42,434 nt of DNA from a virus (lineage: Duplodnaviria > Caudoviricetes), in the IMG/VR virus record IMGVR_UViG_3300017788_000059, positions 1-42,434 of that record. The stretch is one strand, 5' to 3'. Below, one piece after another: positions 19,272 to 28,862 of this stretch. Within the stretch, counting starts at the first letter, position 1, and each line of letters begins with the position of its first letter. A model generated the notes under the pieces. That model saw only the letters and a program-made list of their open reading frames with translations, searched no databases and was not told where the DNA came from. The position numbers were made by a program, and so were the translations under genes.

Positions 19272-19297
19272 AGGGGGGACAACATCCCCCCTTTTTT
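19272..19297 (+). terminator. Intrinsic terminator after sheath gene
   Basis: AGGGGGGA-caaca-TCCCCCCT followed by TTTTT. Confidence 0.8.
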
Positions 19298-19306
19298 AGC
19301 CTCAGG

Positions 19307-20125
19307 ATGAAAAAAGAATTTAAAGAGGGTTTCACAGAAAAAGGTCCAGATATGAAATATTATGCGTTCGATTGGGACGATAATATTGTTCATATGCCAA
19401 CAGAAATAATAGTCAAAAATAAGGAAGGTGATGAAGTAGGGATGTCCACTTCAGATTTTGCAGAGTACAGAGGTAAAATAGGTAAGGGCGATCTAAAGTA
19501 CAAGGGTAATACTATTGTAGGTTTAGCGGACAATCCATTCAGAAACTTTCAAACACAAGGCGACAAAAAATTTTTAGTAGACGCGATGAAAGCAAAGACG
19601 GGACCCGCCTTCGATGACTTTAGAGAATCAATCAACAACGGTTCAATATTTGCGATAATCACAGCACGTGGTCATGACCCAAACACAATCAAACAAGCTG
19701 TTTACAACTATATTATCAATGACTTCAATGGTATCAGCAAGGAGGAGTTAGTTAAGAATCTGAAAAAATACAGATCGTTTGTAGGTGAAGATGAGATGTC
19801 TGATAATGAATTAATAAAAACTTATTTAGAGCTTAACAAATATCACCCTGTATCGTTCGGAGATGATAAGTCTGCAACAAATCCTGAACTAGCGAAGGTA
19901 TCTGCAATGGAAGACTTCGTGAAATACATCAAAGCGATGGCTGCCTTGTTAAATAAAAGAGCGTTTTTAAAAAAAGACGTATCAAATAAATTTGTACCTA
20001 GTATTGGATTTTCTGATGATGATTTGAGGAATGTAGAAGTAATGCAACAAAGTTTTGAAAAAGATCCAGATAATATTGTTAAAACATATTATACTGGAAC
20101 TGGTAAAAAGGAAAGAATGAAATAA
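19307..20125 (+). CDS. HAD-superfamily-like protein
   Basis: Motif I FDWDDN, motif II IITARGH, motif IV GFSDDD. Confidence 0.6.
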   Translation: MKKEFKEGFTEKGPDMKYYAFDWDDNIVHMPTEIIVKNKEGDEVGMSTSDFAEYRGKIGKGDLKYKGNTIVGLADNPFRNFQTQGDKKFLVDAMKAKTGPAFDDFRESINNGSIFAIITARGHDPNTIKQAVYNYIINDFNGISKEELVKNLKKYRSFVGEDEMSDNELIKTYLELNKYHPVSFGDDKSATNPELAKVSAMEDFVKYIKAMAALLNKRAFLKKDVSNKFVPSIGFSDDDLRNVEVMQQSFEKDPDNIVKTYYTGTGKKERMK

Positions 20126-20215
20126 TAGATATTTTTTTTGGACCAACAAGTAAATAGAAAAAAATTAACGAGGATATATTTATAATCATAAACAAAGAAA
20201 AAAAATTAATATAAT

Positions 20216-20704
20216 ATGGCTGATTTACTAATGAAAATGCCGATACCCTATGAACCGAAACGTCAGAATCGATTCATTATGAGATTTCCCTCAACACTGG
20301 GTATCAATGAATGGTTTGTGGAATCTGCATCAAGACCACATATCACAATCGCTGCTACTGAAATTCAATTCCTCAACACATCAACATTTGTTGCAGGTAG
20401 ATTCAACTGGCAAACAATTAACGTAACATTCAGAGACCCAATTGGTCCATCAGCAGCTCAGGCTCTTATGGAGTGGGTTCGTTTACACGCTGAATCTGTA
20501 ACAGGCCGTATGGGATATGCTGCGGGTTACAAAAAAGACATCGACCTCGAGATGTTGGACCCAACGGGTGTCGTGGTCGAAAAATGGATTTTATACGGAA
20601 CATTCTTGACGGATGTTAACTTCAACGCTCTATCATATTCTCAAGACGCTTTAGCAAATATTACGGCTACGCTTAGACCTGATAGATGTGTACTTATTTA
20701 CTAA
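20216..20704 (+). CDS. Tail tube protein (gp19-like)
   Basis: YEPKRQNRF, GRFNWQTINVTFRDPI, EKWILYG; size and position. Confidence 0.9.
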   Translation: MADLLMKMPIPYEPKRQNRFIMRFPSTLGINEWFVESASRPHITIAATEIQFLNTSTFVAGRFNWQTINVTFRDPIGPSAAQALMEWVRLHAESVTGRMGYAAGYKKDIDLEMLDPTGVVVEKWILYGTFLTDVNFNALSYSQDALANITATLRPDRCVLIY

Positions 20705-20735
20705 TCTTTAAAAAAAATAAAGTCATATTATATTT

Positions 20736-20766
20736 AACCGTGGAGACAAAACTCCACGGTTTTTTA
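20736..20766 (+). terminator. Intrinsic terminator after tail tube gene
   Basis: AACCGTGGAG-acaaaa-CTCCACGGTT followed by TTTT. Confidence 0.8.
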
Positions 20767-20768
20767 TT

Positions 20769-21515
20769 ATGGATAGTCAAACAATGCAATACGGACAACA
20801 AAATTTTTCATTACCTCACGATGTGGTACCCCTACCATCAGGGGGTATTTTTTATAAAAACAAAAAATCTTCGGTTAAAGTAGGATACCTCACAGCAAAT
20901 GATGAGAACATCTTGATGGGGGGTGGGGACAACATATCTATGAACTTAATCAGAGCCAAATTATATGAGCCTGATTTGAAACCTGAAGACATGTTGGAAT
21001 CAGACATTGAAGCAATTCTTATCTTTTTGAGAAACACAGCCTTTGGTCCTGAAATTACAATGACGGTTAACGACCCTAAGACAGGTAAACCATTTGAGAC
21101 AATAGTCTTATTGGATGAACTCAGTATAAAAAAAGGTACTGATCCCAATGAGGAGGGTTTGTATGAAACCAAACTTCCGATGTCCACAAGTGTTGTGAAA
21201 ATTAAACCACTAACACTTGGTGAAACGAATGAAATACAAGGTATGGTTGACAAATATCCGAAAGGAAGGCCTGCTCCAAAAGTAACGTGGAGGTTAGAAA
21301 AACAAATTGTCGAACTGGAAGGTTCAAGGGATAGACAAGCAATAAGCAAGTTTGTGAACGAAATGTTAATTGCGGATTCGAAACATATAAAAAGATTCTT
21401 GGAAGAAAATGAACCAAGATTAAACATGGAAAAGATCGTAACAACCCCATCAGGAGACAAGCTAACAGTTTATATTGGCTTCGGGGTTGAATTTTTTCGG
21501 CCTTTCTTCTCCTGA
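20769..21515 (+). CDS. Baseplate hub/tail assembly chaperone (gp26-like)
   Basis: VPLPSGGIFY, LTANDENIL, AILIFLRNTAFG, C-terminal EFFRP; lies between tube and tape measure. Confidence 0.75.
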   Translation: MDSQTMQYGQQNFSLPHDVVPLPSGGIFYKNKKSSVKVGYLTANDENILMGGGDNISMNLIRAKLYEPDLKPEDMLESDIEAILIFLRNTAFGPEITMTVNDPKTGKPFETIVLLDELSIKKGTDPNEEGLYETKLPMSTSVVKIKPLTLGETNEIQGMVDKYPKGRPAPKVTWRLEKQIVELEGSRDRQAISKFVNEMLIADSKHIKRFLEENEPRLNMEKIVTTPSGDKLTVYIGFGVEFFRPFFS

Positions 21516-21654
21516 TTATAGAAAAATACAGACGGACGAATTCTATTATTTGAGCACCCTATTTAAGGTGGGGTGGCAAGACTTTTTGAACATGCCAGTG
21601 TTCGTGAGGAAGTACTTGCTGGAAAAATGGATCGAAGATAACAAGAAAGATTAA
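21496..21654 (+). CDS. gp51-like chaperone extension in the +1 frame of the upstream gene (not in ORF track); probable frameshift product
   Basis: FGLSSPDYRKIQTDEFYYLSTLFKVGWQDFLNMPVFVRKYLLEKWIEDNKKD*; no ATG before the EFYYL core; the frame is closed upstream by TAA at 21463. Confidence 0.65.
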   Translation, partial: FGLSSPDYRKIQTDEFYYLSTLFKVGWQDFLNMPVFVRKYLLEKWIEDNKKD

Positions 21655-21694
21655 TTGAAAAAACTCTGATAATCTATTTATATGAAAACACTCT

Positions 21695-23599
21695 ATGCAG
21701 TTTAACGAAAGAATAAGTCCTTCTGATCCCAACAATGAAAATATTTCGGATTCACCAATAGAAGAAGGTAAAAAACTATTCGACATAGATGGGTATTTGA
21801 GAGGAATTGCAAGTGCCACTGTTGCCCTTAACACATATGCGGGTACTGTTAACAAAGTATTTGGTGGTGTAAGAGAAAGAGTTGGTGAAATAGTTAGGGA
21901 AATCTCAATTGCTGCTCCAAAAATTACAGAATTTGGGGGTAGTGCTGCGGATGCTGCTCAAGTAATGATTGACGTTTCAAGAGCACTACAAAAAAACGTT
22001 GTTGCCTCAGCTGATTCAGTAAAGGAACTATTTGTTACATCTAAAGTTATAGGCCAAGATGTTGAAACAGTTGTTGAAAAAATGACTGACGTAGGTGTAA
22101 GTTTTGGTCGAGTTCAAGAGAATATGAAAGGTGCTGTAGACTATGTGAAATCTGTCGGGATGAACACCTCACAAATTATGGGTAATGTTCTTGAGAATAT
22201 GGAAATGATGAACAGATTCAATTTCGAGAATGGGGTTCAAGGTTTAAGTAAAATGGCAGTACAATCTGCACTTTTGAGGTCTGACATGCGTAGGATAGGA
22301 GAGTTTGCAGATAAAGTTATGAATCCTGAGGGGGCTATAGAAACAGCAGCGGCATTTCAAAGATTGGGAGTCACAACAGGAATGTTAGCAGATCCATTCG
22401 CCTTGATGAACGCATCTATCAATGACCCAGAGGGACTACAACAATCCATTGCAGATGTTGCTCAAAGATTCACATATTTTGACGACAAAACGAAAACTTT
22501 CAAGATAGATCCAGGGGGAATAAGACAAATGCATGAATTAGCACAAGCTGCTGGTATGTCTTATAGAGAGTTCAGTAAGATGGCTTTAGGTGCGGCAAAC
22601 GCCAACAAAGTAATGAGTGAATTAAGTTTTGCTGGAAATCTAAGTGAAGAAGACAAGATGTATATCGCCAGTATTGCACAAATGAGTGATGGAGGAGAAT
22701 ATCAAATTAAAGTCGGACAAGATGAAAAAGGTGAAGCTGTTTTTCAAAATATAAGAGATCTCAGTGCAGAACAACTGAAACAAGCTGTTGAGATGAATAA
22801 AAAAGAACCTGTGACAATGGAAGATATTGCAAAAGCACAACTTGACACAGGAAAAGCTCAAGCCGCAGATATTGCAGAGATTAGAAATAGAATAGTTTAT
22901 GGTGTGACTGGAACAAGAGCACTTTCTGAATTACCTGAGCTCACAAGGAAGTTAGGTTTGGGTGTTACTGATGCATTGAAAAGAGCCGCTCCTGATCAAA
23001 AAAACATTACAAGCGGGTTAAACAAATCAATTGACGAATTGGGTAAAATGATGTTACCTGTTTTAGAGGGTAAAAAATCCTTTGATGAGGTTAGTGGAGA
23101 CATCATAAAAAAATTACAATCAAGCGGGGTAAATGTAACCCAAGACCTGATGAAAGAACTTTCAGACCTACCGAAACAAATGATGAGTTCTATCTACGAT
23201 CAATTCAAAGGAGATAGTACATCAGTAGGTAGGGAAATTGCAAAATACTTAGATCCTAGATCAGAGACAAGACAGAAATTGGAAAGTGGTATTAACACTA
23301 GAATGGAAAGGATGCCTAGCGCTCAACGAGCAACTTCAGCTGTTCAAAGGTATGCAGAAACCTCGAGAACAGCTTCACAAGTACAGAGAACTCAACAGAC
23401 TACAGTGACGGAGACCAAGAAAATTACACACGATGGGAAAATAACTTTTGATTTTACATCTGACGGTAAGACAGATCCGAATGTAGTGAGAATATTACAA
23501 CAATGGGTTGATTCACAAGAAGGTTCACAAAAACTATATCAAATACTTGCGAACATGAAAGATGAAACAGGACAGTCTATCAAGGACAAAACTAAATAA
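21695..23599 (+). CDS. Tape-measure-like protein
   Basis: Ala/Gly/Met/Gln-rich helical sequence directly after the chaperone genes. Confidence 0.65.
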   Translation: MQFNERISPSDPNNENISDSPIEEGKKLFDIDGYLRGIASATVALNTYAGTVNKVFGGVRERVGEIVREISIAAPKITEFGGSAADAAQVMIDVSRALQKNVVASADSVKELFVTSKVIGQDVETVVEKMTDVGVSFGRVQENMKGAVDYVKSVGMNTSQIMGNVLENMEMMNRFNFENGVQGLSKMAVQSALLRSDMRRIGEFADKVMNPEGAIETAAAFQRLGVTTGMLADPFALMNASINDPEGLQQSIADVAQRFTYFDDKTKTFKIDPGGIRQMHELAQAAGMSYREFSKMALGAANANKVMSELSFAGNLSEEDKMYIASIAQMSDGGEYQIKVGQDEKGEAVFQNIRDLSAEQLKQAVEMNKKEPVTMEDIAKAQLDTGKAQAADIAEIRNRIVYGVTGTRALSELPELTRKLGLGVTDALKRAAPDQKNITSGLNKSIDELGKMMLPVLEGKKSFDEVSGDIIKKLQSSGVNVTQDLMKELSDLPKQMMSSIYDQFKGDSTSVGREIAKYLDPRSETRQKLESGINTRMERMPSAQRATSAVQRYAETSRTASQVQRTQQTTVTETKKITHDGKITFDFTSDGKTDPNVVRILQQWVDSQEGSQKLYQILANMKDETGQSIKDKTK

Positions 23600-23637
23600 A
23601 AAAATTCCATATAACCTATTTATAGGAAAATAACTGA

Positions 23638-26600
23638 ATGGTTAGTCCATTAGACTACGGGAGCACTGAAAATTTCAGGAAAAGACTCTTAACAAGGAAT
23701 CTTCAATCATACAAAGGTGGACCATACGTCGACCCAAATCAGATTGCATATCCAACAGTATTGACTGACCAAGCAGTTGTTGATGCTCAACCAGACCCTA
23801 CAGGATACGGGTTATTCGTTTTCAACGACCGTATGGCTCGACTTAACGTATACTCACCCGACACACCATTTGAATACTCAACAGAAACTGTAATACAACA
23901 GTCAGACTTTGAACCGTACCCGAACTTTAATTCATCTTTCTACGAACCAGTAGATATCTTATTCAACAGAGACCCATTGGGTTCTAATGGTTTGTTGAGC
24001 TCAGATTCATTCATAGCTAAAATTGGCGCAGTTCAACTCAAAAAACTTTTCGAAGAAAGAATTGCCACTGAAATTTATCAGAGAACTGCGGCAAGAGCAA
24101 ACATTGCAGGTGCTGCTAGTGGAAGTAATCTATTTGGTGTGTTGACTAACAGAATACCATTAATTGAACCAAATTATCAAATCACTGTAGCTGCAAACCC
24201 TGTTGTCGCAGCTGTGGACTTGGCGGTTAGATTATCAGGAACTTACGCACCATTCTCTCCAATACCCGGCTCATATTTTGATACTGAAATCAGATTGGGC
24301 ACTCCAACAACAATTGGACAAATTGAGTCCGCCTTTGATTTCGTTAGACAGAGTGGAGTTGGCAAGTTTTTTGCACGATTATTAGGTGCCGACTCCGGAT
24401 CTCAGAAGTTCTTGAGTAATACTGGTGCTGGACAGAAAAGCGTTCTGTTCAGGAATGTGGACATGAATTTATACAAGCCAGATTATGATCGTAATTTTTT
24501 CGATAGACTTGGTGGTGCAATAGTTGGTGGAAGGGCAAACAGTTCTGATTATTATGTAGGTTCACGAACTTCAGACCCTGGTATGGTCTTTTCCCCAATC
24601 GGAGACTTACCTACCGATAGATTTGGTAGATCGGTACAAGCACCGGTCTATGGTCCAACAGAATTGGCCCAACTATATGAGGGTGTGGGTCAATCACCAG
24701 GGCTCGGGCCTGCTGGAGTTCCATATGTTGATGGTGGAGGTATTGAAGGTGGAATGACATGGATCTCCCCAAAATACAGAAGGAACGCGGGCAAGTATGT
24801 AGGACCGGGTGGTAAAGAAATGGGAGAAGATCCAGATTTCGACCCATCTACCTATGACGACTCGAATTCAACAAGGTTTAGATTCAGGACAGGATCAATA
24901 TTGGAGGATACTCAAAGACTAGTTGAAAGCCAACCTGGTGGTAAAAAGAAATTCGAACATGTAGGAAATGCGATAGATCAAGTCAGTAAAATATTCAATG
25001 ACGGATATAAAGAAATGACCAAAGGTTCTAAAGTAATTTCTTACGTGGGACCGATAGGTAATGAAGTTGGTGCCGAATATTGTAGGATTTTCACAAAAGA
25101 TACACCTTTCTTACAATATAATGATTTACAAAAAACTGATGGTATTACAACTGAGGGTAGGAGATTTTCTTATTCTGTACTTGATAAAACATATAATCTT
25201 AATATAGCTCCGAATAGGAGGAACGGAGGACAAGATTCTTCAAACCTTATTGGTAATGCAAATGGTGCATATGCCAAAAAGTATATGTTTTCAATAGAAA
25301 ACTTAGCTTGGAGGACTTCAAAAATGTTCGAGGACTTGGCTGATTGTGAAAAAGGTCCAAATGGTGGAAGAGTTATGTGGTTCCCACCTTATGGATTATC
25401 AATCAACGAAAGTGTAAACACAGGATGGAATACGACAGAGTTTTTGGGGAGACCTGAACCAATATACACATACAAATCTACATCGAGAGCAGGAACCTTG
25501 AGTTGGAAAATTGTTGTGGATCACCCATCAGTGTTGAATATAATTGTTAATAAAGTCCTCAAAGATCAAACTAAGAAAAATATAATTGATGGATTAATTA
25601 ACTCATTCATGGCGGGATGTACAAAATACGACTTGTATGAGCTAGCAAAAAAATATGCAACCATAAGTAGATCAGATTTGTATGAAATTCAAAGAATTTT
25701 GTCAGCACCTGACACAACAAAGGAAGAAATTTTGGAAGCTAACGCAGAGTTGAATACTGGATTACCTGCCCCGACAAATCAGACAAATACACAACCCACA
25801 ACAAACGTAAATCCAAAGCCTGACCTATCTGAGTTCCAAGGACTTGGTGTATATTATGAAAACGATGTACCAAAATCTGTAGGGTCATATGGACCTATGT
25901 ATACTGCTTATGTAAGTAATACAACTCAGGAGAACTATCAAAGAAACGCTACAGGACCAAACGGAAATAAGTCTAACAAACCACAAGCTCAGGAACAGGT
26001 CAAAAACATGTTCAACACTGGAGTTATAGCTAGTTTTTCTAAATTGAATAATCAATCGGATTTTTATAAAAATCTGAAATCCGCATTAGACGAAGGGTAC
26101 ACAGTCACCATAGAAATTGAAGGTGGTGCCTCAGCCCCTGCTTCGGAAAACTACAACACAAGTTTGGGATTGAGAAGGGCTAATTCTTTGATTGAGTACT
26201 ACAAAGGAACTGATTTGAGTGAGTATATCGGTAACCAACTCTTTTTTAAACCGACAACTGTCGGAGAAGTCGGTACCACAACTGTTCCAGGTTCTTCAAC
26301 AAATGCGAGAACAGCGGCTAACGCAGGTTCAACTCAGGTCAAGGAATTGAACAGTGAAATTATACAGTGTTCGGATGGAGCTGACGTGGGTAAAAATGAC
26401 ATTTATACGTTCAATGCAATGGCCTGTAGGAGAGCAATTTTGAAAAGTGTGGTCGTGGGAGATAAGAAACAAGATGCACCGGCACCACAAAACATTGCGA
26501 CAACTCAGACTACTGCCGATACACCACCCGCACAAGTTCCCAAGGTGATACAGGGTACAAATCAAACCAACATACAAGGTCTTACAGAGACAACAAGAGA

Positions 26601-28539
26601 AGTTTTGAGAGATGGTATTACCAAGAGGATACTGAGAAAGTTTTTGACTGAGTGTGATTATTTTGAAGTTATAAAAGAAGAGACACCTATGGTGTTCGAT
26701 AACTTAAAAGACAAATTACAATTTTTCGATCCAACTTTCCACTCTATGACACCCGAAGGGCTAAACACAAGACTTACTTTCTTACAACAATGTATGAGAC
26801 CGGGTGAGTCAATCCCTACAGTGAAAGACGTTAATGGTCAAACAACTGTGACATACGACCAAGCAATAAATACAGCCTTTGGTGCACCACCAATATTAAT
26901 TCTTAGGATTGGAGATTTTTTCAACACAAAAATTGCACCAACCTCACTCAGTATAACATACGAACCTTTGATGTTAGATACAAATCCTGAAGGTATAGGT
27001 GTACAACCTATGTTAGCAAGTGTATCAATGAACTTCAATCTTCTTGGTGGTGCCGGACTGAAAGAACCAGTGGACAAACTTCAAAACGCTCTGACATTCA
27101 ACTACTATGCTAACACTGAAATTTATGACGAAAGAGCTGATGCTACAGACATAGAAAGTGCGCAAGCTTTGGATGCGGAGTTCATGAAATCAATTCAACA
27201 AAATAACACGTTGAATAATTTGTTGGATTCAAGTGCCGCATTTGCAGGTAAGGGTAATAACGAAACCATTGGAGTAATAACAAGAAGAACTATTAATGAC
27301 TTACAATTGGAGGTAGGGGACATCAATTACAAAGAGATTATGAATGCACTTCTGAGTTCCACTCAAAATTATTTCAATTTGATTGTGAACAAATCCAAAG
27401 AGGTTGTAGATCAATATAATGGGGCTATGATGCAGCAGTGGGGGTATTATAGATATTACATGGAAGGTGAGATAAAGGCAAATAATAATACTACAAATTC
27501 CAACTTCTTTGGAAAATCTCAAAACATAGAAAAAAGAATTGACGTATTCTTTGATGAATATACAAAAGGTATAAATAACTCTAGTAATCAGTTCATAGAT
27601 TATTTGAAGAAAAGACAATTCAATTTTTCGGACAAACTCATAAGAGTTATCAAACAAAATTTCAAAGCGTACATAGAGGGAAAAAGAAGTGGTTATTATA
27701 CTCCAATAACAAATATATTACAACAAATTGTTCAACAAGAACTTAATTGGACTGCTGTTATGAATAGATTAAACGTTCTTTTCCAATCAAGTAATAACTT
27801 TTTATACGACGGATATGCTCTGAAAAATGGAACAATTAAGGTATATCAATGTGCTGGTACCACCGATATTGATTCAAGTAGTCAACCAGTTCCATCCACT
27901 ACGCTAGTTGAAATGGATCAGGACGTAACCAAAGTCGCAACGGACATGAAAGCTTTTTATGATCTGATGATCAAACAGTTAACCTATACAACATCATCAG
28001 GTAAGATAGTTGGTAATTTGGTCAAAGATGGTTTGAATAGCCAAGAAGCCTTAGATAAAAATGTTTTCACACCGTTGACAAACCCTAAAAATCCAGTTGG
28101 GTCTGGTGAGTTTTGGGAAGGTGGGGATAAGACTAATAAAATTGGTTACTTGATATTAAATAGCGTTATCGTTAATGATAAGGAGTATCAGAATTTCAAA
28201 AGTAAAATTTTGAATGACGTTGTTAATAAACAAGAACTTAAAGGTAAGGGAAACCAAGAAATAGAAAGAGTATTCGACGACTATTGGAAGGACAAAATCA
28301 AACCCATTTATGAAAAAGAAAACGCAGCGACAAAAGAATTCATAGAAAAATTCGAAAAAGAAGACGCAAAAAATTTCATGAAATACACTCCTTACAATAA
28401 AGATAAGGCTCGAAAGTTTACTTTCACACAAGTTGCAAGTCCATCGGACGCTGAAAAAACTTCGATTCAAAACTTGGGTAAAAAAGTAAACGTGAATACA
28501 AGTAACAACAATTGGAACGATAAAATAAAACTCAACTAA
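23638..28539 (+). CDS. Large baseplate/tail-tube-initiator-like protein with internal OmpA-like domain
   Basis: WNTTEFLGRPEPIYTY and PPILILRIGDFFNTK (tube-initiator-like segments); GGASAPASENYNTSLGLRRANS (OmpA-C-like). Confidence 0.55.
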   Translation: MVSPLDYGSTENFRKRLLTRNLQSYKGGPYVDPNQIAYPTVLTDQAVVDAQPDPTGYGLFVFNDRMARLNVYSPDTPFEYSTETVIQQSDFEPYPNFNSSFYEPVDILFNRDPLGSNGLLSSDSFIAKIGAVQLKKLFEERIATEIYQRTAARANIAGAASGSNLFGVLTNRIPLIEPNYQITVAANPVVAAVDLAVRLSGTYAPFSPIPGSYFDTEIRLGTPTTIGQIESAFDFVRQSGVGKFFARLLGADSGSQKFLSNTGAGQKSVLFRNVDMNLYKPDYDRNFFDRLGGAIVGGRANSSDYYVGSRTSDPGMVFSPIGDLPTDRFGRSVQAPVYGPTELAQLYEGVGQSPGLGPAGVPYVDGGGIEGGMTWISPKYRRNAGKYVGPGGKEMGEDPDFDPSTYDDSNSTRFRFRTGSILEDTQRLVESQPGGKKKFEHVGNAIDQVSKIFNDGYKEMTKGSKVISYVGPIGNEVGAEYCRIFTKDTPFLQYNDLQKTDGITTEGRRFSYSVLDKTYNLNIAPNRRNGGQDSSNLIGNANGAYAKKYMFSIENLAWRTSKMFEDLADCEKGPNGGRVMWFPPYGLSINESVNTGWNTTEFLGRPEPIYTYKSTSRAGTLSWKIVVDHPSVLNIIVNKVLKDQTKKNIIDGLINSFMAGCTKYDLYELAKKYATISRSDLYEIQRILSAPDTTKEEILEANAELNTGLPAPTNQTNTQPTTNVNPKPDLSEFQGLGVYYENDVPKSVGSYGPMYTAYVSNTTQENYQRNATGPNGNKSNKPQAQEQVKNMFNTGVIASFSKLNNQSDFYKNLKSALDEGYTVTIEIEGGASAPASENYNTSLGLRRANSLIEYYKGTDLSEYIGNQLFFKPTTVGEVGTTTVPGSSTNARTAANAGSTQVKELNSEIIQCSDGADVGKNDIYTFNAMACRRAILKSVVVGDKKQDAPAPQNIATTQTTADTPPAQVPKVIQGTNQTNIQGLTETTREVLRDGITKRILRKFLTECDYFEVIKEETPMVFDNLKDKLQFFDPTFHSMTPEGLNTRLTFLQQCMRPGESIPTVKDVNGQTTVTYDQAINTAFGAPPILILRIGDFFNTKIAPTSLSITYEPLMLDTNPEGIGVQPMLASVSMNFNLLGGAGLKEPVDKLQNALTFNYYANTEIYDERADATDIESAQALDAEFMKSIQQNNTLNNLLDSSAAFAGKGNNETIGVITRRTINDLQLEVGDINYKEIMNALLSSTQNYFNLIVNKSKEVVDQYNGAMMQQWGYYRYYMEGEIKANNNTTNSNFFGKSQNIEKRIDVFFDEYTKGINNSSNQFIDYLKKRQFNFSDKLIRVIKQNFKAYIEGKRSGYYTPITNILQQIVQQELNWTAVMNRLNVLFQSSNNFLYDGYALKNGTIKVYQCAGTTDIDSSSQPVPSTTLVEMDQDVTKVATDMKAFYDLMIKQLTYTTSSGKIVGNLVKDGLNSQEALDKNVFTPLTNPKNPVGSGEFWEGGDKTNKIGYLILNSVIVNDKEYQNFKSKILNDVVNKQELKGKGNQEIERVFDDYWKDKIKPIYEKENAATKEFIEKFEKEDAKNFMKYTPYNKDKARKFTFTQVASPSDAEKTSIQNLGKKVNVNTSNNNWNDKIKLN

Positions 28540-28862
28540 TGCCTGGACAATACTATAACAGATATCAAGAGTTTTTGATCAATGGTCAACAGACAGTTGT
28601 TCCATACGTGACTTTACCTAACAAACCAAGTGATTTGGTGCATATCTACAAAGTTAATAGAAGTAGATTAGACAAGGTATCTGAAGAATATTATGGTGCC
28701 CCATATTATAATTGGCTGATCCTAATTGCTAATCCGCAATTTGCGGGACTCGAACAAAATATATTCGACGGAGCTTTTCTTGTTATACCTTATCCATTGA
28801 TAACTTCATTACAAGATTATAAAGCCGCATTGGAAAACCAATTCTTATATTATGGCAGGTAA
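28539..28862 (+). CDS. Baseplate wedge protein, gp53/LysM-like
   Basis: RLDKVSEEYYGAPYYNWLILIANP; TAATG coupling. Confidence 0.7.
   Translation: MPGQYYNRYQEFLINGQQTVVPYVTLPNKPSDLVHIYKVNRSRLDKVSEEYYGAPYYNWLILIANPQFAGLEQNIFDGAFLVIPYPLITSLQDYKAALENQFLYYGR

Noticed and set aside
20852-21460. 202-aa antisense ORF and the many other short nested ORFs in the track
   Set aside because: They lie inside well-supported genes and have no recognisable motifs
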